Counted from the first letter of the stretch, positions 37,013 through 46,920 are shown. The stretch: 52,481 bases of DNA from Acidobacteriota bacterium (GCA_022340545.1 JAJDNV010000255.1:1-52481), one strand, 5' to 3'. The notes: generated by a model from the letters alone, not told the origin. A program made the numbers and translations.

Positions 37013-39079
37013 GTGACGCCCCGGATCCCCTTTCCCGGTCCCACCCTCGTCCTGCTCGCCGCCGCGGTGGCCGCCACGGCCGGCGCCGAGCCCCTTCCCA
37101 CCCGGGCCGTTCCCGTGGCCAGCTACGACATCCGTGTCCGCCTCGACGCCGAGGCGATGCGGCTCTTCGGGGAGGGGAGGATTGTCTGGCACAACCCCTC
37201 GTCGGACGCGGTGGGGGAGCTGTGGTTCCACCTCTACCTGAACGCCTTCCGGAACTCGGAGAGCACATTCTTCCGCGAGTCGAGGGGTCGCTTCCGGGGC
37301 GGCCGGGTGGGGGAAGACGGCTGGGGCGGCATCGACGTCACCGCGATCCGCCGGGCGGATGGGGTGGACCTGGCGGCGGCGACGTCGTTCGAGCACCCCG
37401 ACGATGACAACGGCGCGGACCGAACGGTGCTGCGTGTCCGCCTGCCGGAGCCGGTGCCCCCGGGAGACCGGGTCGCCCTCGACGTCACCTTCGAGGCCCG
37501 GCTGCCGGGTTTCCTGATCCGGACCGGCCACGCCCGCGACTACGTCCTCGCCGGCCAGTGGTTCCCAAAGCTCGGGGTCTACGAGCCGGCGGGGATGCGC
37601 GGTCGCGCGTCCGGAGGCTGGAACTGCCACCAGTTTCACGCCCTGTCGGAGTTCTACGCGGACTTCGGCCACTACCGCGTGGAGATCACCCTCCCCGCGC
37701 GCTTCGTCGTCGGGGCCACCGGGCGTCGGGTCGCCCGGCGCGACAACCTCGACGGGACGACGACGCACGTCTTCGAGCAGACCGACGTCCACGACTTCGC
37801 GTGGGCTGCCGACCCCCGTTTCCTCGAGATCCGCCGGACCTTCGTGGCGCGGGAGGAGGTCTCCCCCGTGGAGTACGAGGACACCGCCCGGATGCTCGGG
37901 CGGCCTCACGAGGAGGTGCGCCTCGACGACGTCGAGATCGTGCTGCTTCTCCAGCCCGCGCACGCTCCGCAGGCCGAGCGGCTCATCGCGGCGGCGATGG
38001 CCGCCCTCAAGTGGTACGGCCTGTGGTACGGCAAGTACCCCTACGCCACCCTCACCGTCGTTGACCCCGCCCCCGGCGCCGGGGGATCGGGGGGTATGGA
38101 GTACCCGACCTTCATCACCGGCGGGACCCTGTTCGTGTTCAACCGCTGGCCGCTCGACCGGCTTCCCTGGCCGGAGGAGGTGATCGTCCACGAGGCCGGC
38201 CACAACTACTGGCAGGGGATGGTGGCCAGCAACGAGTTCGAGGAGCCGTGGCTGGACGAGGGCTTCACCACCTACTCGACGGGAAGGGTGATGACGCGGG
38301 TGTACGGGCCCTGGGTGTTCCAGGCCCTCGGCCTGCGGTTGGGGCGTCTCGAAGGCTGGCGCGTCGAGAATCGGGCCGACCGAATCCTGGGGCCCATCCG
38401 CCGATCGGCGCTGAACGTCACGAGTGACCACAACCTCGCGGTCTACACACGTGCCGCCCTCGCCCTGCAGACCCTCGAGCGGCTCGTGGGTGAGGACACG
38501 ATGGCCCGCGTGATGCGCACCTACCACGAGAGGTGGCGGTTCCGTCACCCGAGGAGCGAGGACTTCTACGAGGTGGCCTCGGAGGTGTCGGGCCGCGATC
38601 TCGACGGGTTCTTCGAGGAGGCGATCGAGAGCCCCGGCTTCCTCGACTACGAGGTGGCCTCGGTCCGGACCGAGCGGCGCGCTCCGCCGCGGGGGATCCT
38701 CGAAGACGGCGCGGTGGCCACCGCATCCGCGCCCGCGGACGACGATGAGGACGCGCCGGGCGACGAAGGATCCTGGCGGTCGGCGGTGCGCGTGCGCCGG
38801 CGGGGCGAGATCGTGCTCCCGGTGGAGGTGGAGCTGCGATTCGAGGGGGCGCCCTCCGAACGCCGCCACTGGGACGGCCGGGATCGGTGGGTGGAGTACG
38901 AGGTCACCGGCCCTCATCCCCTCACCGCCGCCATCGTCGACCCCGACGAGCGGCTCGTCCTCGACGTCAACCGCCTCAACAACAGCCGCCGCGTCCGACC
39001 CGACGGACGCACCGCCGCCTACTGGGGGGCCCGCTGGACCTTCTGGCTCCAGGTGGCCCTCTCCTTCGTGGGGCTGTGA
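37013..39079 (+). CDS. M1 family metallopeptidase, secreted
   Basis: GGMEYP, HEAGH-X18-E (WLDEG), QWFPK, signal peptide. Confidence 0.9.
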   Translation: MTPRIPFPGPTLVLLAAAVAATAGAEPLPTRAVPVASYDIRVRLDAEAMRLFGEGRIVWHNPSSDAVGELWFHLYLNAFRNSESTFFRESRGRFRGGRVGEDGWGGIDVTAIRRADGVDLAAATSFEHPDDDNGADRTVLRVRLPEPVPPGDRVALDVTFEARLPGFLIRTGHARDYVLAGQWFPKLGVYEPAGMRGRASGGWNCHQFHALSEFYADFGHYRVEITLPARFVVGATGRRVARRDNLDGTTTHVFEQTDVHDFAWAADPRFLEIRRTFVAREEVSPVEYEDTARMLGRPHEEVRLDDVEIVLLLQPAHAPQAERLIAAAMAALKWYGLWYGKYPYATLTVVDPAPGAGGSGGMEYPTFITGGTLFVFNRWPLDRLPWPEEVIVHEAGHNYWQGMVASNEFEEPWLDEGFTTYSTGRVMTRVYGPWVFQALGLRLGRLEGWRVENRADRILGPIRRSALNVTSDHNLAVYTRAALALQTLERLVGEDTMARVMRTYHERWRFRHPRSEDFYEVASEVSGRDLDGFFEEAIESPGFLDYEVASVRTERRAPPRGILEDGAVATASAPADDDEDAPGDEGSWRSAVRVRRRGEIVLPVEVELRFEGAPSERRHWDGRDRWVEYEVTGPHPLTAAIVDPDERLVLDVNRLNNSRRVRPDGRTAAYWGARWTFWLQVALSFVGL

Positions 39080-40017
39080 TGAGGACGCTCGCAGCTGTGA
39101 CGCGCGAGGGGCTGACCCGGGCCGGCGCGGCGTGGCGCGTCATCGTGCTCGTCTGGGGCGTTCACCTCGTCCTGGCCGCGGCCGCGGCCTACCCGTTCTG
39201 GCGCGCGCTCCGCCCCGTCCTCGGCCCCCGGCCCGGGGCGGATGTCCTCCGGTCCGGGATCAACGTCGAGGCCCTGGCCGACCTCACCGCGCTACGGCCC
39301 GGACTGCTCGGTGCGTTCGGGTTGTCGTTCGTGGCCGTGGTCGCCGTCGGGCTGCTCGGCGGCGCGGCCGTCACCGCGGGCGTGCTCGAGGTCCTGCGCG
39401 CCCAGGACGGCCGCCCCATCGGGCACCGCTTCGGCCGAGGCGCGGGCCGCTTCTTCGGCCGCTTCGTCGGTGTCGCCGTCCTCGTCGGCCTCCTTGCCGG
39501 GATCGTGGGGACCTTCGCCGTCTTCCCCTTCGTCCTCCTCGCTCGCCGCTACTTCCACTCGGGCTGGGACGCGGCGCGCCTGGCCCCCCTGGCCGGCATG
39601 GCGGTCGCCGGCCTCGTGGCCCTCCTGGCCCTGCTCGTCCTCGACGCCGCCCGCATCCACGTCGTGCGCGCGGACGTCGGGCCCCTCGCCGGCACGCGAG
39701 CGGGGTTGGGCCTCGTTCTGCGCCACCCGGCGGTCTGGCTCGGGACGTGGCTGGGAAACGCGACGCTCGTGGGCGTCGTCGTGGTCGCCTTCGTGCTCGT
39801 CCGCCGAGCGGTGCCGACGGAAACCGGGCCCCAGATCCTCGCCATGGCCCTGGCGCAGCAGGCGCTCGTCCTGGCCCGGACGGGCCTCCGCGTCGCCCTT
39901 CTGGCGAGCGAGATCGCGCTCGTGGACCGCCTGCGGCCGATGGCCCGGCTGGAGCCGGTCGTCGTCCCGGTTCCGGCTCAGGCCGACGAGTCCTCGCCCC
40001 CGCCTTCCTTATTGTGA
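39079..40017 (+). CDS. Hypothetical integral membrane protein
   Basis: TGATG coupling to the M1 peptidase; about 6 hydrophobic segments. Confidence 0.7.
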   Translation: MRTLAAVTREGLTRAGAAWRVIVLVWGVHLVLAAAAAYPFWRALRPVLGPRPGADVLRSGINVEALADLTALRPGLLGAFGLSFVAVVAVGLLGGAAVTAGVLEVLRAQDGRPIGHRFGRGAGRFFGRFVGVAVLVGLLAGIVGTFAVFPFVLLARRYFHSGWDAARLAPLAGMAVAGLVALLALLVLDAARIHVVRADVGPLAGTRAGLGLVLRHPAVWLGTWLGNATLVGVVVVAFVLVRRAVPTETGPQILAMALAQQALVLARTGLRVALLASEIALVDRLRPMARLEPVVVPVPAQADESSPPPSLL

Positions 40018-40463
40018 GAGGGCGGGGGAGAGAAGCGCCCGAGATACCGTCCGACGGCCTCCCGAAAGAGCTCGCGGATCTCGGCGCCCGGGATGGCCTC
40101 GGCCGCCTTGGCGAGGTCGTCGGGCAGTGGCCGGGCGACGACCGCCGGCGGGGACGGGACTGCCTCCCGGGTCGTCCCGATCACCGGACCCTCGGCGAAG
40201 CCCAGCGTGTGGGGAGCGGCCGAGCCCGCGATCCGGCGGAGGCGGGCCAGGAGATCGGACCGCATCCGCCAGAGGCTCTTTCGCCAGATGGCGTCGGGGA
40301 CCCGGATCCGGAGGAGATCGCCGTCGAGGGCGACGACCTCCGAGCGCCGGGCGAGTTCGGCCCCCACCGCGGCCGGCCACGCCGCTTTGAGAAAGACGAG
40401 GCGCCGGGCGGGCGCCGCCCCGAAGAGGTCCGCGGCGAGGTCGGCGGTGGTCGTGCGTTTCAT
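39978..40463 (-). CDS. DUF721/DciA family protein
   Basis: AWPAAVGAELARRS...LRIRVPDAIWRKSL...LLARL pattern. Confidence 0.75.
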   Translation of the reverse strand: MKRTTTADLAADLFGAAPARRLVFLKAAWPAAVGAELARRSEVVALDGDLLRIRVPDAIWRKSLWRMRSDLLARLRRIAGSAAPHTLGFAEGPVIGTTREAVPSPPAVVARPLPDDLAKAAEAIPGAEIRELFREAVGRYLGRFSPPPSHNKEGGGEDSSA

Positions 40464-40510
40464 CGAGCAGCCGAGCCTCTACGTTATACTCGGCCTCTGG
40501 TCCGCACGCC

Positions 40511-41308
40511 ATGAAGTGTCCCAAGTGCCACGCGTCGATCGCCCAGCCCGTCGACCCGGACAGCATCGTCACCTGTCCCGGCTGCGGGGCACGCCTGATG
40601 ACGAAGGCGGCGGCCCTCCGGTCGCACGGAGGGAAGGCCAATCCGGCCGCCCCGGCGCCGGACCCCGACCTGACCCCGCCGGTCACCGTACCTCCCAAGC
40701 CCGCGATGGAGGTGGACCTGGGCGGAGAGGATTCCGCCCCGGCCGCGAAGGCGGCCGCCCCGGGCCCGGGGTCCGCTCCGGCCCCGGCGACGCTCGACGC
40801 GGTCCTCCAGGAGCTGCAGATGCTCCGCGCGACCCAGATGCAGATCCTCGAGCTGTTGAGCCGCGGGGGCCCGCCGCCGGAGACGGACCCCGGGCCGAAC
40901 GAGACGCAGGTGCTGGCGCCGGTGCGCTCGCGCCGCCGCAAGACAGTGCTCCTGATCGACGACGATTCGGCTACCCGCGAGGGGGCGCTGGTGGAGCTGA
41001 AGCAGGCGGACGTGCCCGTGCGGGCCGTCGAGGACGGCAACGCCGCGCTGGCCGCGATCGCCGAGGAGAAGCCGGACGTCATCGTGCTCGAGCTCAGCCT
41101 CGCCGGCGAGATGGGGGGCAAGGACCTCATCAACTTGATCAAGGCGACCATGGAGTGGGTTGACATCCCGATCGTCCTGTGGACGCGGCAGGACGTGTCC
41201 ACCCAGAAGGAGGCCCGCCAGGTCCACGGGGCGGACGAGGTGGTCACCAAGGCCAGCGGGGCGGCGGCGCTCGTGAACCGCGTCATCACCGTCTTCCGAA
41301 GCAGCTGA
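40511..41308 (+). CDS. Zn-ribbon + Pro-rich linker + receiver-domain protein
   Basis: CPKC...CPGC; LLIDDD, PDVIVLE, IPIVLWT, VTK. Confidence 0.82.
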   Translation: MKCPKCHASIAQPVDPDSIVTCPGCGARLMTKAAALRSHGGKANPAAPAPDPDLTPPVTVPPKPAMEVDLGGEDSAPAAKAAAPGPGSAPAPATLDAVLQELQMLRATQMQILELLSRGGPPPETDPGPNETQVLAPVRSRRRKTVLLIDDDSATREGALVELKQADVPVRAVEDGNAALAAIAEEKPDVIVLELSLAGEMGGKDLINLIKATMEWVDIPIVLWTRQDVSTQKEARQVHGADEVVTKASGAAALVNRVITVFRSS

Positions 41309-41315
41309 GGGCCCC

Positions 41316-41900
41316 GTGGAGACGCCCCTCCTGATCCTCGCGTCCGGATCTCCGCGTCGCGCCCACATCCTGAAGGAGCTGGGCGTGCGGTTCCGTGTCG
41401 AGGTGTCCAACGAGGACGAGTCGCTGAAGCCCGGGGAGGACGGCGCCGCGGCCGTCGAGCGGCTCGCCCGCGCGAAGGCCCTCGCGGTCGCCGGGAAGGC
41501 GGCACTGCCGGTGCTGGCCGCCGACACCGAGGTGCTCTGCGACGACGAGATCCTCGGCAAGCCCGCAGGCGAGGCGGCGGCCCGGGCCATGCTACGGCGG
41601 CTGAGCGGGCGGAGCCACGAGGTGGTGACCGGCGTGTGCCTCGTCGACGGCCGGGGAGCCCACTCGGGCGTCGAGCGCAGTCGCGTCACGCTTGCCGAGC
41701 TGAGCGACGACGAGGTGGCCTGGTACGTCGGGACCGGAGAGCCCCTCGACAAGGCCGGGGGCTACAACATCAACGGCCGTGGGGCGCTCTTCATCGAGAC
41801 CATCGAGGGCTCGCCGTCCAACGTGGCCGGGCTCCCGGTACGGCTGGTGCGGCAGCTGGCCCACGAGGCGGGGCTCGACCTGGGCTGGCCGCGATCGTGA
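41316..41900 (+). CDS. maf: Maf family nucleoside triphosphate pyrophosphatase
   Basis: LILASGSPRR, AADT, ILGKP, DKAGGY, NVAGLP. Confidence 0.93.
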   Translation: METPLLILASGSPRRAHILKELGVRFRVEVSNEDESLKPGEDGAAAVERLARAKALAVAGKAALPVLAADTEVLCDDEILGKPAGEAAARAMLRRLSGRSHEVVTGVCLVDGRGAHSGVERSRVTLAELSDDEVAWYVGTGEPLDKAGGYNINGRGALFIETIEGSPSNVAGLPVRLVRQLAHEAGLDLGWPRS

Positions 41901-42805
41901 CGGCCCTCGGGCGGCCCCCCATCGTCGTCGGGCTCCTGGCGACGGCCGCGCTCGTCCTTCACCCCGCGGTGCGGACGCAAGAGTGGCTCCCCGTGCGACC
42001 GGCTGCGGTGGCGGCGCTCCTGCTCCTGACCGCCCTCGCGCTGGTGGCTCGGGCGCTGGTCGCCCCCGGCCCTCGGCGCCTCGCGGCGAGGTTGCTGGCG
42101 GGTGGGGCGGTCCTCGTCCTCGCCGGGGTCGGCGGGGACGGCGTGCTGGGGCATCGGGGTCGTTTCGATCTCGTGCCCGGCCAGGCCCGGACGCACTTCG
42201 ACGAGATCGGTGTCGAGGGACGCGCGCTGGGGCTGCGTCCGTTTGGCTTCTCGGTCGGGCTGGAGGGCCTCGAGCCGGCAGGAGGCGCGGCGCTCGTCTG
42301 GTCGGACTCGAGCGAGCGGGCGGTGCTGACGACGGAGCGGGCGGCCGGCCACGGGGGCTACCGCTTCGGGAGGCCCCGCACCGTTCCGACCGGGGGCGCG
42401 GCGCGTCTGCGGGTCGGGATCTCCGGGGGCGGCGACGATGTGATCGTCGATCTTGCCCCGGGGAGGCCCGCGCAGGCCGGCGATCTGCGGGTCACGCTCG
42501 AGGAGTACTACCCCGACTTCGCCCTCGACGAACAGCGGCAGCCCTTCACGCGCTCCCTCGAGGCCCGCAACCCGGGCGCGGTCCTGCTGATCGAGAGCCC
42601 GCGTGGCTCCTTCCGGGCCTTCGTGCTCCGTTCGATGCCGGGAGTGCATCGGGTGGAGGAGATCGGTCGCTCCTTTGCCCTCATCGACGTCGAGCCGGAG
42701 ATGTCGGTCGAGATCGACGTGCACCGGGAGCCGCTGGCGGCGCTCGCCCTCCTCGGGGCGCTGCTCGTCCTGGCCGCGGTGATCGTGCAAACGAGGGCAC
42801 CGTGA
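41897..42805 (+). CDS. ResB/CcsB-like membrane protein (divergent)
   Basis: TM helices then GxxGxxxLxPG, YYPDF, NPGA, C-terminal 'REP + TM' layout as in ResB; GTGA coupling with maf. Confidence 0.6.
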   Translation: MTALGRPPIVVGLLATAALVLHPAVRTQEWLPVRPAAVAALLLLTALALVARALVAPGPRRLAARLLAGGAVLVLAGVGGDGVLGHRGRFDLVPGQARTHFDEIGVEGRALGLRPFGFSVGLEGLEPAGGAALVWSDSSERAVLTTERAAGHGGYRFGRPRTVPTGGAARLRVGISGGGDDVIVDLAPGRPAQAGDLRVTLEEYYPDFALDEQRQPFTRSLEARNPGAVLLIESPRGSFRAFVLRSMPGVHRVEEIGRSFALIDVEPEMSVEIDVHREPLAALALLGALLVLAAVIVQTRAP

Positions 42806-43821
42806 GCGCGGCGATCGTTGCCCTCGCCGCGATCGGCGCCCTCGCCTTCCTGCTCGCGGCGCTCGTGCCGCTCCGCAAACCGAAGCTGCGCACGACCGGC
42901 CGCGTGCTTGCGGTTCTGGGTGCACTGGCACTGCTGCCCTCAGTCGGGTCTTCCGGGGCGTGGCCCTTCGTGCTCCTCGCGGCCGGGGCCGCGGCGCTGG
43001 CGACGCCGTTGCCTCTGGTGCTCGCGGCCGCCGGTGCGGTGATGGTCGCGCTGCAGCCCGAGACCTCGGCCCCGATCGCCGCCGCCGTGGCCGGCCTGGC
43101 CGTGGCCGCCGCCGCGGACGGTCTCGTCTCCTGGCTCCGCGCACGGAGGGCCCAGGGTGCGGACGCGCTCGGGCCCGCGCTCGTCGCCGGCGCCCTTCTC
43201 GTGCTCGTCCTCGTGCGCGTGGATCACGGGGCCGTTCTCTCCTGGACGTTTGGCGTCGCGGGCGAGACCGGACGGGTCGTCCTGCGCGGGGTGGGTGTGG
43301 CGCTCGGCGTCACGCTCGTGGCCGCCCTCGGCGGGGTCCTCCTGTTGACGACCGCCCGGCTGGCCCCCGAGGCGTCGGGGGCCCGGCCGGTGGCGGTCGG
43401 CGCGCTCTCGGCGGCCGTGCTCGCGGCGGTGCTCGGCGCTGGCCTCACCGTCGCGCGGCTCACCGAGCTGCCCGCGGGGGTTGGGGAATCGGGGGCCCGG
43501 TCGCTGGTCGTCCTCGTCGCGGCGGTGGGGACCCTGGCCGCCAGCCTCCTGGACGCAACCGGCCCCGCGACCCCCGGTCCCGTCGCCCCACTCCGTCGCA
43601 CGGCGCGCGTCACCGGCCTGGCGGCGGCCCTCGCCCTCGGCGTCGCGGTGGCCGCGGGAGTGGAGTCCTGGTGGCGAGAGGCGACCTACGCCACCCCGCT
43701 CACGACGGCGGCCGCGGCGGCGGCCCTCCTCGGCCTCGCGGTGCTCGAGCCCGAGGCGCGCCTGGCCGGGACTCGCCGCGTCCTCTTCCTGGCGGCCCTC
43801 CTCTTCCTGCTCGTCGCCTGA
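42802..43821 (+). CDS. Polytopic membrane protein, possibly degenerate CcsA/ResC-like
   Basis: Highly hydrophobic 339 aa, GTGA-coupled to the ResB-like gene; AGVESWWREATY faintly resembles the WWD region. Confidence 0.5.
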   Translation: MSAAIVALAAIGALAFLLAALVPLRKPKLRTTGRVLAVLGALALLPSVGSSGAWPFVLLAAGAAALATPLPLVLAAAGAVMVALQPETSAPIAAAVAGLAVAAAADGLVSWLRARRAQGADALGPALVAGALLVLVLVRVDHGAVLSWTFGVAGETGRVVLRGVGVALGVTLVAALGGVLLLTTARLAPEASGARPVAVGALSAAVLAAVLGAGLTVARLTELPAGVGESGARSLVVLVAAVGTLAASLLDATGPATPGPVAPLRRTARVTGLAAALALGVAVAAGVESWWREATYATPLTTAAAAAALLGLAVLEPEARLAGTRRVLFLAALLFLLVA

Positions 43822-43833
43822 AGCGAACGGCCC

Positions 43834-44574
43834 TCAGCGGCCGAGGGCGAGCCGATCGGCCAGGGGGCGGGGCAGGCCGGCGTCGAGGATCCTCTTCTGC
43901 GCCCGGTCGACCGCGTAGGCGACGCGGTTGATGCTCACCGTCCTGCTCTGGCTGTCGAAGATCGCGAAGGACGCGAGCGGGCTACCGTCGCGGGGCTGGC
44001 CAATCGAGCCCGGGTTGATGAGGTAGCGCATGCCGGGCTCGAGGCGAAAGCGGAAGGTGGGGCTCGTCGTGAGCACGGTGTGGATGGCCTCCGGCGAGAG
44101 GCCGAACACCACCGGAAAGTGCGAGTGCCCGAAGAAGCACAGCGGGAACGTGGTCTGGCGAAAGACGTTCAGGGCCTCGATCTCGCCGAAGATGTAGGCG
44201 TCCTCGTCGATCGGGGTGCCGTGGGCGATGGCGAAGGCGTCGTCCACGATTGCCGGCCCCTCGGGCAGCTGATACAGCCAGCGCAGGTTCTGCTGTGTCA
44301 GGCGCGTTCGCGTCCACTGGGCGGCCTGGAGCGCCACCCGGTTGAACATCTCCCCATCCTCGACACCGGAGCAGACCTTGTCGTGGTTCCCCCGGATCGC
44401 CACGAGCGGCTTGAGGGCGCGGACCATCTCGACCGTCTGGTTGGGGTGGGCGCCGTAGCCGACGAGGTCGCCCAGGAAGACGGCCTTGTCCCAGCGCTTC
44501 CGTCTCACCCGGGCGAGGACTGCGGACAGGGCCTCTCGGTTCGCGTGGATGTCCGAGAGGATCAGATACCTCAT
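43834..44574 (-). CDS. Metallophosphoesterase family protein
   Basis: SDIHAN, GDLVGYG, GNHD, GHSH, NPGSIGQPRDG. Confidence 0.92.
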   Translation of the reverse strand: MRYLILSDIHANREALSAVLARVRRKRWDKAVFLGDLVGYGAHPNQTVEMVRALKPLVAIRGNHDKVCSGVEDGEMFNRVALQAAQWTRTRLTQQNLRWLYQLPEGPAIVDDAFAIAHGTPIDEDAYIFGEIEALNVFRQTTFPLCFFGHSHFPVVFGLSPEAIHTVLTTSPTFRFRLEPGMRYLINPGSIGQPRDGSPLASFAIFDSQSRTVSINRVAYAVDRAQKRILDAGLPRPLADRLALGR

Positions 44575-45107
44575 TGCTCGACGGCTCTCTTCCGCTGGGT
44601 TCGCTGCTCGATCAGGTCCGCAATCCGGTGGGCCACCTCGCCGGGGGTGGCCCCGGTGGTGTCCACCTCCAGATCAGCCATGCGATAGGAGGGTTCCCGC
44701 TCGGCCAACAAGGCCCGCATTATGGCATGGTTCCCGGCCAGCGGCCGGGTGCCATCGTCGGGGATGCGGGCCATGAGCTCCTCGGTGTCGCAGCGCAGCC
44801 ACACCGTCAGGGCCCCCTTCTGGAGCCGCGCCCGGGTGTCGGGCCGGGTGAAGGCCCCCCCCCCGGTGGCGACAACGCACCGGTCGAGTTCGGTCAGGGC
44901 CTCCGCCTCCCGGAGCTCCTCCGCCCGGAAGGCTTCCTCGCCCCGCTCGGCGAAGAGAGCGGCGATCGAGCACCCCATCCGCTTCTCGATGCGCCGGTCC
45001 ATGTCCTCGAAGCTGAAGCCGAGACGAACGGCCAGGCGGGTCCCCACCGCGTTCTTGCCCGAGCCCATGAAGCCCACGAGGACGATCCGGCGGGGAGCCT
45101 CACCCAC
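44571..45107 (-). CDS. aroK: Shikimate kinase
   Basis: LVGFMGSGK, GEEAFR, VATGGG, RPL, R-PSY; overlaps aroA stop. Confidence 0.9.
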   Translation of the reverse strand: MGEAPRRIVLVGFMGSGKNAVGTRLAVRLGFSFEDMDRRIEKRMGCSIAALFAERGEEAFRAEELREAEALTELDRCVVATGGGAFTRPDTRARLQKGALTVWLRCDTEELMARIPDDGTRPLAGNHAIMRALLAEREPSYRMADLEVDTTGATPGEVAHRIADLIEQRTQRKRAVEQ

Positions 45108-46374
45108 GGCCCGCTCCCTCTTCGAGGAGGCCAAAGAACTCCGGGAATGAGACGTCCACACACTCCGCTCCCTCGATCTCGGTGGGGCCCTCGGCGGCCA
45201 GCGCGGCCACCGCGAGGGCCATCGCGATCCGATGATCTCCCCGCGATCGCACGGCGGCTCCCTGGAGCCGGGCGCCGCCCTCGACGGCGATCCCGTCCGG
45301 AAGCTCACGGACACGGGCCCCGAGGCGGCCGAGGCCCTCGGTGATGGCGGCGATGCGGTCGCTTTCCTTGACGCGGAGCTCCCGGGCGCCGGTGAGGGTG
45401 AAGGTCCCCTGGGCGCGGCAGGCGGCCACCGCCAGGGCCGGGACCTCGTCGATGAGCGAGGCGACGAGCGCCGGATCCACCGTCGTCCCGTGCAGGGTGG
45501 AGGAGGCGGCGACGATCGAGCCCACGGGCTCGGGATCCGTCGTCTCGAGCCGGGTCTCCACGCGCCCGCCCATGGCCCGCAGCACCTCGAGGAACGCGGT
45601 CCGGGTGGGGGAGAGGAGGACGCCGTCGAGGCGCACCTCCGAGTCGGGCAGAACGAGGGCCGCGACCACGAGGAAGGCCGCGCTCGAGGCGTCCCCGGGC
45701 ACAGCGATCTCCGCTCCCCGCAGCCTCGCCCCGCCCCTTACGGTGGCCGCCAGCCCGTCGCGCTCGACTTCGACGCCGAAGAGCGGCAGCATCCGCTCGG
45801 TGTGCTCCCGGCTCGGAGCGGGCTCGCGCACCGTAGTGGTTCCCTCCGCCTGCAGGCCGGCGAGCAGGACCGCCGTCTTCACCTGGGCGCTGGCGATCGG
45901 CATCTCCCAGGTGAGGCCGCGCAGGCCTCCGCCCTCGATCGTGAGGGGGGGATGTCCGTCGGTGGTGATCGCGGTGGCCCCCATCGCCCGCAGCGGGGCG
46001 GCCACGCGCTCGACCGGCCGGCGCCTGAGGGACTCGTCACCCGTGAGCACCGTACGGAACGGTCGACCGGCCAGGGCGCCGGAGAGAAGGCGCAGCGTCG
46101 TCCCCGAGTTCCCGGCGTCCAGGGGGTCGTGCGGCGGCGTCCAGGCCTCGGGCCCCCGGCCCTCGATCGTGACGAGAGACCCTTCCCGGTGAGCCGTCAC
46201 CCCAAGCGCCCGGAGGCAATGCAGAGTGGACTCGCAATCGGCGGCGGAGGAGTAGTTTCGCGCGCGGGTGGTGCCCTCGGCGAGGGCGCCGAAGAGTGCC
46301 GCACGGTGGGAGATCGACTTGTCGCCGGGGAGGCGGAGATGTCCGTGGAAGCTCGGGGCGGGCTCGATCCTCAA
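45100..46374 (-). CDS. aroA: 3-phosphoshikimate 1-carboxyvinyltransferase
   Basis: PGDKSISHR, GNSGTT, ASAQVK, LRVKESDRI, DHRIAM; start (TTG 46374) uncertain. Confidence 0.95.
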   Translation of the reverse strand: MRIEPAPSFHGHLRLPGDKSISHRAALFGALAEGTTRARNYSSAADCESTLHCLRALGVTAHREGSLVTIEGRGPEAWTPPHDPLDAGNSGTTLRLLSGALAGRPFRTVLTGDESLRRRPVERVAAPLRAMGATAITTDGHPPLTIEGGGLRGLTWEMPIASAQVKTAVLLAGLQAEGTTTVREPAPSREHTERMLPLFGVEVERDGLAATVRGGARLRGAEIAVPGDASSAAFLVVAALVLPDSEVRLDGVLLSPTRTAFLEVLRAMGGRVETRLETTDPEPVGSIVAASSTLHGTTVDPALVASLIDEVPALAVAACRAQGTFTLTGARELRVKESDRIAAITEGLGRLGARVRELPDGIAVEGGARLQGAAVRSRGDHRIAMALAVAALAAEGPTEIEGAECVDVSFPEFFGLLEEGAGRG

Positions 46375-46409
46375 GGCTGCGAGCGGATGGTAGCACGCCC
46401 GGCGTCGCC

Positions 46410-46438
46410 TTGACGCCCCCACCCCCCCATGCTAGCGT
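46410..46438 (+). promoter_or_regulatory. Sigma70-type promoter for the RsbW-like gene
   Basis: TTGACG-17 bp-TAGCGT with TG extension; divergent TGCTACCAT (46387-46395, minus) likely serves aroA. Confidence 0.55.
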
Positions 46439-46485
46439 TCGCCGATCCGCCGACCTTTCAACGAATTGAGACCCCTTCCCCCAAG

Positions 46486-46917
46486 ATGACCAAGGCCTCC
46501 GACAACCGGACGGTCAAGCTCGACGTCGCCAGCCGCTTCGAGATGTTGGATGTCGCCCAGGCGGTCCTCGCCCAGGTGTGCACGATCGTCGGGTTCGAGG
46601 AGGAGACCAGCCACTACCTGGCGGTGGCGGTGCGTGAGTCGGTGGTCAACGCCATCAGGCACGGCAACAAGGAGGACGAGTCGAAGCGTGTGGAGATCCT
46701 GTTCACCCTGCACGAGAGGTCGCTCGAGGTGCAGGTCAAGGACCAGGGAGAAGGCTTCCAGCCCGAGGAGATCCCCGATCCCCTCGCCCCCGAGAACCTG
46801 CTCAAGGCCTATGGGCGGGGGATCTTCTTCATGCGGCAGTTCATGGACGAGGTGAGCTACTCCTTCCCGACCCGGGGCGGCACCGTCGTTCGCATGGTGA
46901 AGAGCCTCCCCGCCTAG
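46486..46917 (+). CDS. RsbW/SpoIIAB-like anti-sigma factor Ser kinase (HATPase_c_2)
   Basis: ESVVNAIRHGN, DQGEGF, GRGIFFM, DEV. Confidence 0.9.
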   Translation: MTKASDNRTVKLDVASRFEMLDVAQAVLAQVCTIVGFEEETSHYLAVAVRESVVNAIRHGNKEDESKRVEILFTLHERSLEVQVKDQGEGFQPEEIPDPLAPENLLKAYGRGIFFMRQFMDEVSYSFPTRGGTVVRMVKSLPA

Positions 46918-46920
46918 ACA

